This document shows, piece by piece, positions 54,756-64,000 of a stretch of 64,000 bases of DNA. Position 1 is the stretch's first letter. The number at the start of each line of letters is the position of its first letter. This stretch comes from Gemmatimonadota bacterium (lineage in GTDB: Bacteria; Gemmatimonadota; Gemmatimonadetes; Gemmatimonadales; GWC2-71-9), in the NCBI GenBank assembly GCA_039586895.1, contig JBDHJM010000004.1:15521-79520 (forward strand), in the 5' to 3' direction. A model generated the notes under the pieces. That model saw only the letters and a program-made list of their open reading frames with translations, was not told where the DNA came from and did not search any database. The translations under genes were made by a program, and so were the position numbers.

Positions 54756-55864
54756 GAATCCTCGCCGTCAACTGGCTGGATCGCGCCAATCCACAGGCGG
54801 GAGGGGCGGAGATCCACTTCTTCGAGATCTTCCGCCGTCTGGTCGAGCGGGGCCACTCCGTGCGGCTGGTCTCGTCGGGCTGGGACGGATGCGAGCCGAG
54901 CGCCACGATCGAGGGGATCGAGGTGGAGCGCCACGGAGGGCGCCACAGCTTCGCGCTGAGGGGGCGCGGCGCCGTGCGGCGCGCGCTGGCCGCCAACCCG
55001 TACGACGTGGTAGTGGAGGACATCAACAAGCTGCCGCTCTACGTCGCAACGCTGTCGCAGCTGCCCATGTACGTGATCGTGCCGCACCTGTTCGGCACGA
55101 CGGCGTTCCGCGAGGCGTCACTGCCGGTGGCTTCGGTGGTGTGGCTCGCCGAGAAGCCGATACCGAGCGTGTACCGGCGCGCCGCGTACCACGCGATCAG
55201 CGAGAGCACGCGCGACGACCTGGCCGCGCGCGGGGTCGATCGGGACGCCATCCGAGTCATCTATCCCGGGGTGGACGCCACGTGGTACGCGCCCGATCCG
55301 GGCACGGGACGCACAGAGGCGCCCACGTTTCTGTACGTCGGGCGGCTCAAGCGTTATAAAGGAGTAGAGGTGGCGCTCGAGGCCCTGCGCCTAGCACGGG
55401 TCCGGCGCCCCGACCTGCGCCTGCTCGTGGCCGGGGGCGGCGACGACCGCCCGCGGCTCGAGGGCGTCGCCCGGCGCTTGGAGCTGGGCGATGCGGTGCG
55501 GTTCCTGGGTTTCGTGAGTGAAGAGCACAAGCGCCAGCTCCTGCGCGAGGCATGGGGGCTGGTGTTCCCCTCGGTGAAGGAGGGGTGGGGCATATCCAAC
55601 GTCGAGGCCGCTGCATGCGGCACGCCGGCCATCGCCTCCGACAGTCCCGGCCTCCGGGAGTCGGTGCTGAGCGGCGAGACGGGGATGTTGGTTCGGCACG
55701 GCGACGCCGAAGCCATGGCCGGCGCCATGCTCGGCCTCGCCGCCGATCCCGAGCTGGTCGAGCGGCTGGGCCGCGGCGGCCGGCGCTTCGCAGAATCGCT
55801 CTCCTGGGACCACGCCGCAGAACAGACCGAAGCTCATCTTCTGGAAACCGTGCGGAAGGAGTAA
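54752..55864 (+). CDS. Glycosyltransferase family 4 (GT-B, group 1)
   Basis: C-terminal EGWGISNVEAAACGTPAIAS (E-x7-E type motif). GTGA overlap with nusB. Confidence 0.85.
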   Translation: MRILAVNWLDRANPQAGGAEIHFFEIFRRLVERGHSVRLVSSGWDGCEPSATIEGIEVERHGGRHSFALRGRGAVRRALAANPYDVVVEDINKLPLYVATLSQLPMYVIVPHLFGTTAFREASLPVASVVWLAEKPIPSVYRRAAYHAISESTRDDLAARGVDRDAIRVIYPGVDATWYAPDPGTGRTEAPTFLYVGRLKRYKGVEVALEALRLARVRRPDLRLLVAGGGDDRPRLEGVARRLELGDAVRFLGFVSEEHKRQLLREAWGLVFPSVKEGWGISNVEAAACGTPAIASDSPGLRESVLSGETGMLVRHGDAEAMAGAMLGLAADPELVERLGRGGRRFAESLSWDHAAEQTEAHLLETVRKE

Positions 55865-55870
55865 CGACCC

Positions 55871-56167
55871 ATGCGGACGACCGTAACGGCGCGTCATTGT
55901 GAGATACCGGACGATCTGAAGCAGGTGGCCGAGGAACAGCTGGCAAAGGTGGCCAGGGCTGCCCATCGGCCGCAGCGTGCCGAAGTCGTGTTCGATGCGG
56001 ATCACGGCAAGAAGGTGGTCGAGCTCCACTTGTTCCTGCCCCGCTCCCAGGTGAAGGTGGCCTCCGGAGAGGCGGACGACTTTCGCAGCGCGCTGGACAG
56101 CGCCGTGGCCAAGCTGCGCAACCAGCTGAGCAAGAACACGAAACCGCGGCGCTCTCCGGCCGCCTGA
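55871..56167 (+). CDS. hpf: Ribosome hibernation/associated factor (short HPF/RaiA family)
   Basis: 98 aa with the pattern I..RH.E....L....E.KL.K ... A..DF.SA.D.A..KL..QL.K typical of the sigma54-modulation/RaiA family. Confidence 0.83.
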   Translation: MRTTVTARHCEIPDDLKQVAEEQLAKVARAAHRPQRAEVVFDADHGKKVVELHLFLPRSQVKVASGEADDFRSALDSAVAKLRNQLSKNTKPRRSPAA

Positions 56168-56171
56168 ACCC

Positions 56172-57140
56172 ATGCCTCCACTGACCGTCCGAGACCTCAT
56201 CGAGCGCAAGGGCGACTCGCTGCAGCTCGAGCTGCTGGCGGGTGCGGAGGGCCTGGACCGGGAGATCAAGGTCGCCGAGATCTCCAGCCCCGGGCTCGTG
56301 CTCGCCGGATTCACCGCCCGCTTTGCCAGCGAACGCCTGCACGTGCTGGGCGAGACGGAGATCCGCTACATCAAGTCGCTGGAAGCGGCGCAGCGCAGCG
56401 AGGCGCTCGCGCGGTTCATGAGCTACGAGCTGCCGTGCGTGTTCGTCACCAAGGCGCAGTCGGTGCCCCGCGAGCTCACGCGCCTCGGCAAGGAGCGCGG
56501 CATTCCGGTCATGCGCTCCAAGCTCAAGACGGCGGAGTTCTACCGGCGCATCACGCCGTACCTGACGGAGGTGTTCGCGCCGGCGCAGACGGTGCACGCG
56601 TCGCTGGCCGACGTCTACGGAGTGGGTCTCCTGTTCGTGGGCCGGTCCGGAATCGGCAAGAGCGAATGCGTGCTGGACCTGGTTGAGCGGGGCCACCGCC
56701 TGGTCGCGGACGATGTCGTGCACATCATGCAGCGGGGCGCCGGCGTGCTCATGGGGCGCGCCAACGAGCTTGCGTACCGATACATGGAGATCCGCGGCGT
56801 CGGCCTGGTGGACGTGATGGCCTTGTTCGGGGTGCGAGCGGTGCGCCAGCAGAAGCGCATCGAGGTGGTGGTGGAGCTCGTAGACTGGGACATAGACCGG
56901 GACTTCGACAGGACGGGACTGGCAGGGCAGACGACCAACCTGCTGGGAGTGGAGCTGCCGCTGGTGGTGGTGCCCTTGAATCCCGGGAAGAACCTCACGG
57001 TCATCTGCGAAGTCGTGGCGATGAACCACCTGCTGCGCTACAGCGGGGAGGACTCGGCCCGGAAGTTCAACGACCGCCTGATCCAGCGCATGGCCAAGCA
57101 AGCCGAGCTCAGAGAGTACCTAGCCGAGGACTATGAGTGA
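56172..57140 (+). CDS. hprK: HPr kinase/phosphorylase
   Basis: Full-length enzyme with Walker [15 protein letters not shown] and EIRGVG signature motifs. Confidence 0.93.
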   Translation: MPPLTVRDLIERKGDSLQLELLAGAEGLDREIKVAEISSPGLVLAGFTARFASERLHVLGETEIRYIKSLEAAQRSEALARFMSYELPCVFVTKAQSVPRELTRLGKERGIPVMRSKLKTAEFYRRITPYLTEVFAPAQTVHASLADVYGVGLLFVGRSGIGKSECVLDLVERGHRLVADDVVHIMQRGAGVLMGRANELAYRYMEIRGVGLVDVMALFGVRAVRQQKRIEVVVELVDWDIDRDFDRTGLAGQTTNLLGVELPLVVVPLNPGKNLTVICEVVAMNHLLRYSGEDSARKFNDRLIQRMAKQAELREYLAEDYE

Positions 57141-57513
57141 GCCCCTGAGGGGGATCGTCGTATCCCACGCGGGATTGGCCGAGGCGCTGGTGCAGGCGGT
57201 GCGGGGCATCACGGGCGAGGACGGCGGTCTGCTCGCCCTGAGCAACGTTGGACTGGGCCGCGAGGCCCTGTGCGAGAGGGTGGGGGAAGCTCTCGGCTCC
57301 GCGCCGGCCGTGCTGTTCACCGACATGCCCGCCGGGAGCTGCTTCCAGGCGGCGCTCATAGAGGTGCGGGAGCGGCACGACGTGGCGGTCGTGACCGGAG
57401 TCAACCTCCCCATGCTGCTCGACTTCACCTATCACCGGGAACTCACACCGAGCGAGGCTGCCGAGCGTGCGGTCGCATCGGGCAACCGGGGCATCCGGGT
57501 GCAGCCGTCGTGA
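57133..57513 (+). CDS. PTS mannose/fructose/sorbose family EIIA component
   Basis: N-terminal [12 protein letters not shown] (phospho-His position) and TDMPAGS motif. 8-nt overlap with hprK. Confidence 0.85.
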   Translation: MSEPLRGIVVSHAGLAEALVQAVRGITGEDGGLLALSNVGLGREALCERVGEALGSAPAVLFTDMPAGSCFQAALIEVRERHDVAVVTGVNLPMLLDFTYHRELTPSEAAERAVASGNRGIRVQPS

Positions 57514-57983
57514 GCATCGTCCTGGTGCGCGTGGACGACAGGCTGATCCACGGGCAGGTGGTGGTCGGCTGGGTCCGCGCCCTCGGGGCCGCGCGCATCG
57601 TGCTGGTCGACGACGACGTCGCTGACAACGAGTGGGAGCGCGAGCTGTACACGCTGAGTGTGCCGCCGGGGCTGAAGGTGGAATTCGCCACCGTGGGCGA
57701 CGCGGTGCGCCAGCTGGACGAGTGGATTGCCGCCCCGGAGCGCACCATCATCCTGGTCGGGAACGTCGACACCATCGTGCGGCTGTGCCACGAGAGCGGC
57801 GGGATAACCAAGGTGAACGTCGGCGGACTGCACGATGCGACGGCGCGATCGCAGCGGCTGGCCTACGTGTACCTCTCGGATCACGAGGCGGGGGAGCTGC
57901 GGAAGCTGAACGAGAATGGTGTCGAGGTCACGGCGCAGGACGTGCCCACCGCGCGCCCCGTACCGCTGGGAGAGTTCGCGTGA
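57510..57983 (+). CDS. PTS mannose/sorbose family EIIB component
   Basis: [16 protein letters not shown] (phospho-His motif). GTGA overlap with EIIA. Confidence 0.88.
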   Translation: MSIVLVRVDDRLIHGQVVVGWVRALGAARIVLVDDDVADNEWERELYTLSVPPGLKVEFATVGDAVRQLDEWIAAPERTIILVGNVDTIVRLCHESGGITKVNVGGLHDATARSQRLAYVYLSDHEAGELRKLNENGVEVTAQDVPTARPVPLGEFA

Positions 57984-58648
57984 TCGAGAACTGGGCGCTG
58001 CTCCTGCTCTGGGGTGCCGTGGTGGGTCTCGACCTCGTGAGCGTAGCTCAGGTGATGGTGGCGCGGCCCATAGTGGCGGGGACGGTTGCCGGTATCATCG
58101 TGGGCGATCCGGTGGCGGGTGGCACGGTCGGAGCCGTGCTGGAGCTGTACGCGCTGGACGTGCTTCCGGTCGGGGCGGTGCGCTATCCCGACTACGGGCT
58201 GGGTGCGGTGGCCGCGGCGGTCACGGCCGCCGGTGCCCCCGGGGTGCTGGGCACCGGTGTTGCGGTGTGCGTCGGACTGGGCGCTGCGTATCTGGGAGAG
58301 TTGAGCATTCGCCTCGTACGCAGTGCGAACACCAAGGACGTCCGCAGGCAGCGCACCGCGCTCGATGCCGGCGACGCGGGCGCAGTGGTCAGCACGCACC
58401 TGCGCTGCCTGGCTCGCGACGCCGCTCGGTCGGTCGCGGTCACCGTGGTTGGGGTGACGATCGCGGTGGCGGCGTATCGCTGGTTTCCGGTGACCATTCA
58501 GGGCGCGGTGCTCGTGACGGTGGTTGTGGTCGGGGCTGCAATCGGCGCGGCCGCGGCCGGGGGCATGCGGCTCAGCGGCCGCGGGCTGGCGCTGCGCTGG
58601 TTCGCACTCGGGGTGGCGGCCGGAGCCGTCGTGGCGGTGGCCACGTGA
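57980..58648 (+). CDS. PTS mannose family EIIC component (compact, 222 aa)
   Basis: Polytopic protein with WGAVVGLD....Q.M..RP N-terminal pattern typical of EIIC-Man. GTGA overlap with EIIB. Confidence 0.78.
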   Translation: MIENWALLLLWGAVVGLDLVSVAQVMVARPIVAGTVAGIIVGDPVAGGTVGAVLELYALDVLPVGAVRYPDYGLGAVAAAVTAAGAPGVLGTGVAVCVGLGAAYLGELSIRLVRSANTKDVRRQRTALDAGDAGAVVSTHLRCLARDAARSVAVTVVGVTIAVAAYRWFPVTIQGAVLVTVVVVGAAIGAAAAGGMRLSGRGLALRWFALGVAAGAVVAVAT

Positions 58649-59370
58649 CGCCGGGCATGATGCGCGCCTGGGTGCGCACGCTGCTGGTCCAAGCGTCGTG
58701 GAACTACGACCGCATGTTGGGAGTGGGAACGGCGTATGCCAGCCTGCCGCTGCTGCGCGGGCTGCCGGAGGAGCGCTACAAGGGAGCCATCGAGCGCGCG
58801 ACCCAATTCTTCAACGCCCACCCGTACATGGTGGGATTCGAAGTCGGCGCTGTCGCGCGGGCCGAGCACGACGGACTGCCGGCCGAGCAGATCCGGCGGA
58901 TGCGACACGCGTTGGTGGGTCCGCTGGGCTCGATGGGCGACCGCCTGATCTGGGCGGGTGCCCTGCCGACCGCGGCGGGGGTGGGGCTGACGATGACCGC
59001 GTTGGTGTCGCCCGTTGCAGGGGCCCTCAGCTTCCTGGTGCTCTACAATCTCGTGCACTTCGCGGTGCGAGCGTGGTCGCTGCGTGCGGGCTGGAACAGC
59101 GGCCCCGGCGTGGCCCGCGCGCTCACCGCTCCGGGCGTGCAGAAGGGGCTCAAGGTGATGGGTCCGCTGGCGGCGCTGTCGGTCGGAATCGCGCTGCCGA
59201 TAGTGGCCGACTGGCTGGCGGCCGACTTCCAGGCGAACACACGGCTCAGCGTCGGCTTGGTGGCGGGTCTGGGAGTGGTGCTGTCGCGCTGGCTGGTGCC
59301 GAGCCTGGGCGGCCTGCGGTTCGGCCTCCTGGTCGCCGCGTTCGGCCTGCTGGTGGGGTGGCTGTGGTAG
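58645..59370 (+). CDS. PTS mannose family EIID component (241 aa)
   Basis: LLVQASWNYDRMLGVG and FFNAHPYM motifs typical of EIID. GTGA overlap with EIIC. Confidence 0.85.
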   Translation: MTPGMMRAWVRTLLVQASWNYDRMLGVGTAYASLPLLRGLPEERYKGAIERATQFFNAHPYMVGFEVGAVARAEHDGLPAEQIRRMRHALVGPLGSMGDRLIWAGALPTAAGVGLTMTALVSPVAGALSFLVLYNLVHFAVRAWSLRAGWNSGPGVARALTAPGVQKGLKVMGPLAALSVGIALPIVADWLAADFQANTRLSVGLVAGLGVVLSRWLVPSLGGLRFGLLVAAFGLLVGWLW

Positions 59371-59666
59371 TGCAGGAGCAGACCACTACGATCCAGAACC
59401 GTCTGGGCCTGCATGCCCGCCCGGCGGCGGAGTTCGTGAAGCTCGCCGCGAAGTTCCAATCCGAGATCTCGGTCGGCAAGGACGGGATGTGGGTGAACGG
59501 GAAGAGCATCATGGGCGTGATGACTCTGGCGGCGGAGTTCGGCAGCGAGGTGACGGTGCGGGCCGAGGGTGACGACGCCAAGGAGGCGCTCGAGGCGCTG
59601 GTGGGGCTGCTGAGCCGCGACTTTGCCGACGAGTACCTGCTGGAATCCGAGTTGGAGGACGAGTAG
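59364..59666 (+). CDS. ptsH: Phosphocarrier protein HPr
   Basis: GLHARPA (His15) and GKSIMGVMTL (Ser46) motifs, plus an acidic C-terminal extension. Start is GTG 59364 or 59370, overlapping the EIID stop. Confidence 0.9.
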   Translation: MVVQEQTTTIQNRLGLHARPAAEFVKLAAKFQSEISVGKDGMWVNGKSIMGVMTLAAEFGSEVTVRAEGDDAKEALEALVGLLSRDFADEYLLESELEDE

Positions 59667-59670
59667 AGCG

Positions 59671-61479
59671 ATGGTGCAGAACCGCATGCTGCAGGGAGTC
59701 GGAGTCTCGCCGGGCATTGCGATCGGGCCGGCGCGCGTCGTGACGTGGGAGCTGCCCACGGTGACGCGGCGGGTGGTGGCGCCCGACCAGGTGGAGGGGG
59801 AAATCCGGCGCCTCCACGAGTCCGCCGCCGCGGTCGAGGAGCTGATGGAGGATCTGCGGCAGCGTACCCTGCAGCAGGCCGGCGCCGAAGAAGCGAAGAT
59901 CTTCGACGCGCAGATCATGATGCTGCAGGACCGCGATTTCCTCGGCGAAGTCGAGACGCTGATCCGCGAGAACCAGCTCAGCGCGGAACGGGCCTTCGAG
60001 TTCAAGACCCTGGAGATGCGCGCGCTGTGGTCGCAGTCGCCCAGCTTCAAGCTGCGCCAGCGCGTGGCGGATCTGGCCGGCATCCAGATTCCCGTGCTCA
60101 ACCACTTGGTCGGGCGTCCGGTGACGGCGTCGCTGCACGACCCCACCGGCCGGCCGTGCATCGTGTTCACCCACGAGCTGAACGCCGGGCTCACCGTTCA
60201 GCTCGAGCGCGAGCAGGTAGCCGGCTTCGGCAGTATCGAAGGGACGCGCACCGCGCACGCCGCGATCCTGGCACGCAGCCTGGGCATCCCATGCGTGATG
60301 GGTCTCGTCGAGGGGCTGGACCGCATCGAGGACGGCACGGAGGTGATCCTCGACGGGACGCACGGCGCCGTGGTGCTGGACCCGACCCCCGAGGAAATCG
60401 CCGAGGCGCAGGAGTGGGAGGGCTACCGCAGGGAGCTGTACCAGCAGCTCGAGACGGTGGTCGGCAAACCGGCGGAGACGCGGGACGGTGTGGCGGTGTC
60501 CCTGCGGGGCAACGTGGACCTGCCGGAAGAGGTGGAGGTCACCCTGCAGCACCGGGCGGATGGCGTCGGGCTGCTGCGCACCGAGTTCCTCGTGCTGGGA
60601 CGCACGGAGCTCCCCGGCGAGCTGGAGCAGGCGGAGTTCTTCGGGCGCGTGGCCAAGACGTTTTCCGGGCACCCCGTGGTGATCCGAAGCTACGATCTGG
60701 GCGGCGACAAGTTCCCGGCCGCTTTCCAGTCGGCTCCGGAGCCGAACCCTTTCCTGGGCTGGCGTGCGATCAGGGTCACGCTCGACCGCCCGGAGATCTT
60801 CCGCGTTCAGATTCGCGCCATGCTGCGCGCTCGTGTGCACGGCGACGTGAAGCTGATGCTGCCGATGGTCATCCAGATGGAAGAGATTGAGCGCACCCGC
60901 GAGATCGTGGCGCTCGTGGCGGCCGAACTGCAGCGCGAGGGCGTGGATGCTGCGGAGACGATCCCCATCGGAGTGATGATCGAAACGCCGGCGGCGGCGC
61001 TGCTGGCGCACCACATCGCGCCGCGAGTCGAATTCATGAGCGTCGGGACCAACGACCTCACCCAGTACACGCTGGCTGTGGACCGCGGCAACGCACGGCT
61101 GGCGGGGCGGTTCACTCCGCACCATCCTGCCGTGCTGCACCTGCTCAAGCAAACCGTGGATGCGGGCAACGCAGCGGGTATCGAGACGAGCATTTGCGGT
61201 GAGATGGCGTCGGATCCGCTGTCTGCGTTCTTGCTGATCGGCCTGGGTTTCCGCGTCCTCAGCGTGTCTCCGCCGTCCCTGCCGCTGGTGCGGTGGCTGG
61301 TGCGGCAGGTGGACGCCGGCATCGCGGAGCGTGCCGCACGGACCGCGCTCGAGGCCGCCACGACGGGCGAAGCCGAGGCGGTGCTCAAGGCCGAGATCGG
61401 CGAGCACATCGACCTGAACCTGCTGCGCGCGGGCCGGTTGCCCGGGGTCAACGGCACGGCTAGCTTGAAAGGTTCGTAG
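59671..61479 (+). CDS. ptsI: Phosphoenolpyruvate-protein phosphotransferase (PTS Enzyme I)
   Basis: GVSPGIAIG N-terminus, GGRTSHAAI-like EGTRTAHAAILARSLGIP (active His), and PEP-utilising C-terminal domain (GTNDLTQYTLA, CGEMA). Confidence 0.94.
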   Translation: MVQNRMLQGVGVSPGIAIGPARVVTWELPTVTRRVVAPDQVEGEIRRLHESAAAVEELMEDLRQRTLQQAGAEEAKIFDAQIMMLQDRDFLGEVETLIRENQLSAERAFEFKTLEMRALWSQSPSFKLRQRVADLAGIQIPVLNHLVGRPVTASLHDPTGRPCIVFTHELNAGLTVQLEREQVAGFGSIEGTRTAHAAILARSLGIPCVMGLVEGLDRIEDGTEVILDGTHGAVVLDPTPEEIAEAQEWEGYRRELYQQLETVVGKPAETRDGVAVSLRGNVDLPEEVEVTLQHRADGVGLLRTEFLVLGRTELPGELEQAEFFGRVAKTFSGHPVVIRSYDLGGDKFPAAFQSAPEPNPFLGWRAIRVTLDRPEIFRVQIRAMLRARVHGDVKLMLPMVIQMEEIERTREIVALVAAELQREGVDAAETIPIGVMIETPAAALLAHHIAPRVEFMSVGTNDLTQYTLAVDRGNARLAGRFTPHHPAVLHLLKQTVDAGNAAGIETSICGEMASDPLSAFLLIGLGFRVLSVSPPSLPLVRWLVRQVDAGIAERAARTALEAATTGEAEAVLKAEIGEHIDLNLLRAGRLPGVNGTASLKGS

Positions 61480-61506
61480 CGATTCAACCTCTTGCAGCGC
61501 GGTGCC

Positions 61507-64000
<2,494 letters not shown>

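Noticed and set aside
55347-57101. 584-aa ORF on the minus strand
   Set aside because: It is antisense to the glycosyltransferase, hpf and hprK genes, all of which have clear family motifs. It is a shadow ORF.
59509-61407. 632-aa ORF on the minus strand
   Set aside because: It is antisense to ptsI, which has an unambiguous Enzyme I sequence. It is a shadow ORF.

Overview
This is a very G+C-rich bacterial chromosomal segment, and it is almost entirely conserved housekeeping genes. I call 64 CDS and 2 tRNAs. About 60 CDS are on the + strand, and most junctions are stop/start overlaps (GTGA, ATGA, TGATG). The gene order is as follows. (1) Tail of a chemotaxis operon: cheR-cheD-cheB-cheW-cheW, then a TPR protein, a membrane-anchored MA-type peptidase and a small membrane protein. 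(2) tRNA-Val, a secreted TPR-like protein, tRNA-Asp. (3) A complete dcw cluster without mraZ (rsmH-ftsL-ftsI-murE-murF-mraY-murD-ftsW-murG-murC-ftsQ-ftsA-ftsZ). It runs on, with only one more short gap (24 nt), into an M23 peptidase, an orphan hisA-like gene, a vWA-like double-anchored membrane protein, ftsY and recG. (4) A two-gene arsR-arsM module. (5) A minus-strand trio: PQQ-propeller lipoprotein, small secreted protein, pterin dehydratase. (6) asnS, then divergent mazG/alr. (7) alr-deoB-cdd-lipoprotein-beta-barrel-mtaB-miaB-comFB-comEC-fbp-mcm. (8) An fmdB-type zinc ribbon gene. (9) argS-pfkB kinase-purM-ribD-ribE-ribBA-ribH-nusB-glycosyltransferase-hpf-hprK-mannose-family PTS EIIA/B/C/D-ptsH-ptsI-metK-ahcY. 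ahcY runs off the 3' end, so it is missing from the supplied ORF track. I saw no CRISPR array, transposase, integrase, prophage, toxin-antitoxin or recognisable defence gene, and I cannot point to a clear-cut novel system. The most defensible second-look items are these. (a) A gap-free hpf-hprK-Man-PTS-HPr-EI block with no catabolic partner. (b) The few real intergenic gaps carry sigma70-like promoters placed so close to the start codon that the mRNAs (arsR, asnS, mazG, alr, murC, hisA-like) should be leaderless or nearly so; this includes a mazG/alr pair sharing one -10 core. (c) An arsR promoter with an embedded perfect palindrome, plus a second copy of the box in front of arsM. (d) A hisA-like gene coupled to a vWA-like membrane protein at the end of the dcw array. 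(e) A coupled lipoprotein plus beta-barrel pair. (f) comFB directly upstream of comEC. (g) Two unusual gene overlaps: comEC/fbp by 109 nt, and asnS versus the divergent lipoprotein gene by 33 nt at their 5' ends. Gene content and signal-peptide style suggest a Gemmatimonadota-like organism, but that is a low-confidence inference. All coordinates were derived by hand from the sequence and the ORF track. Start codons are the least certain part.
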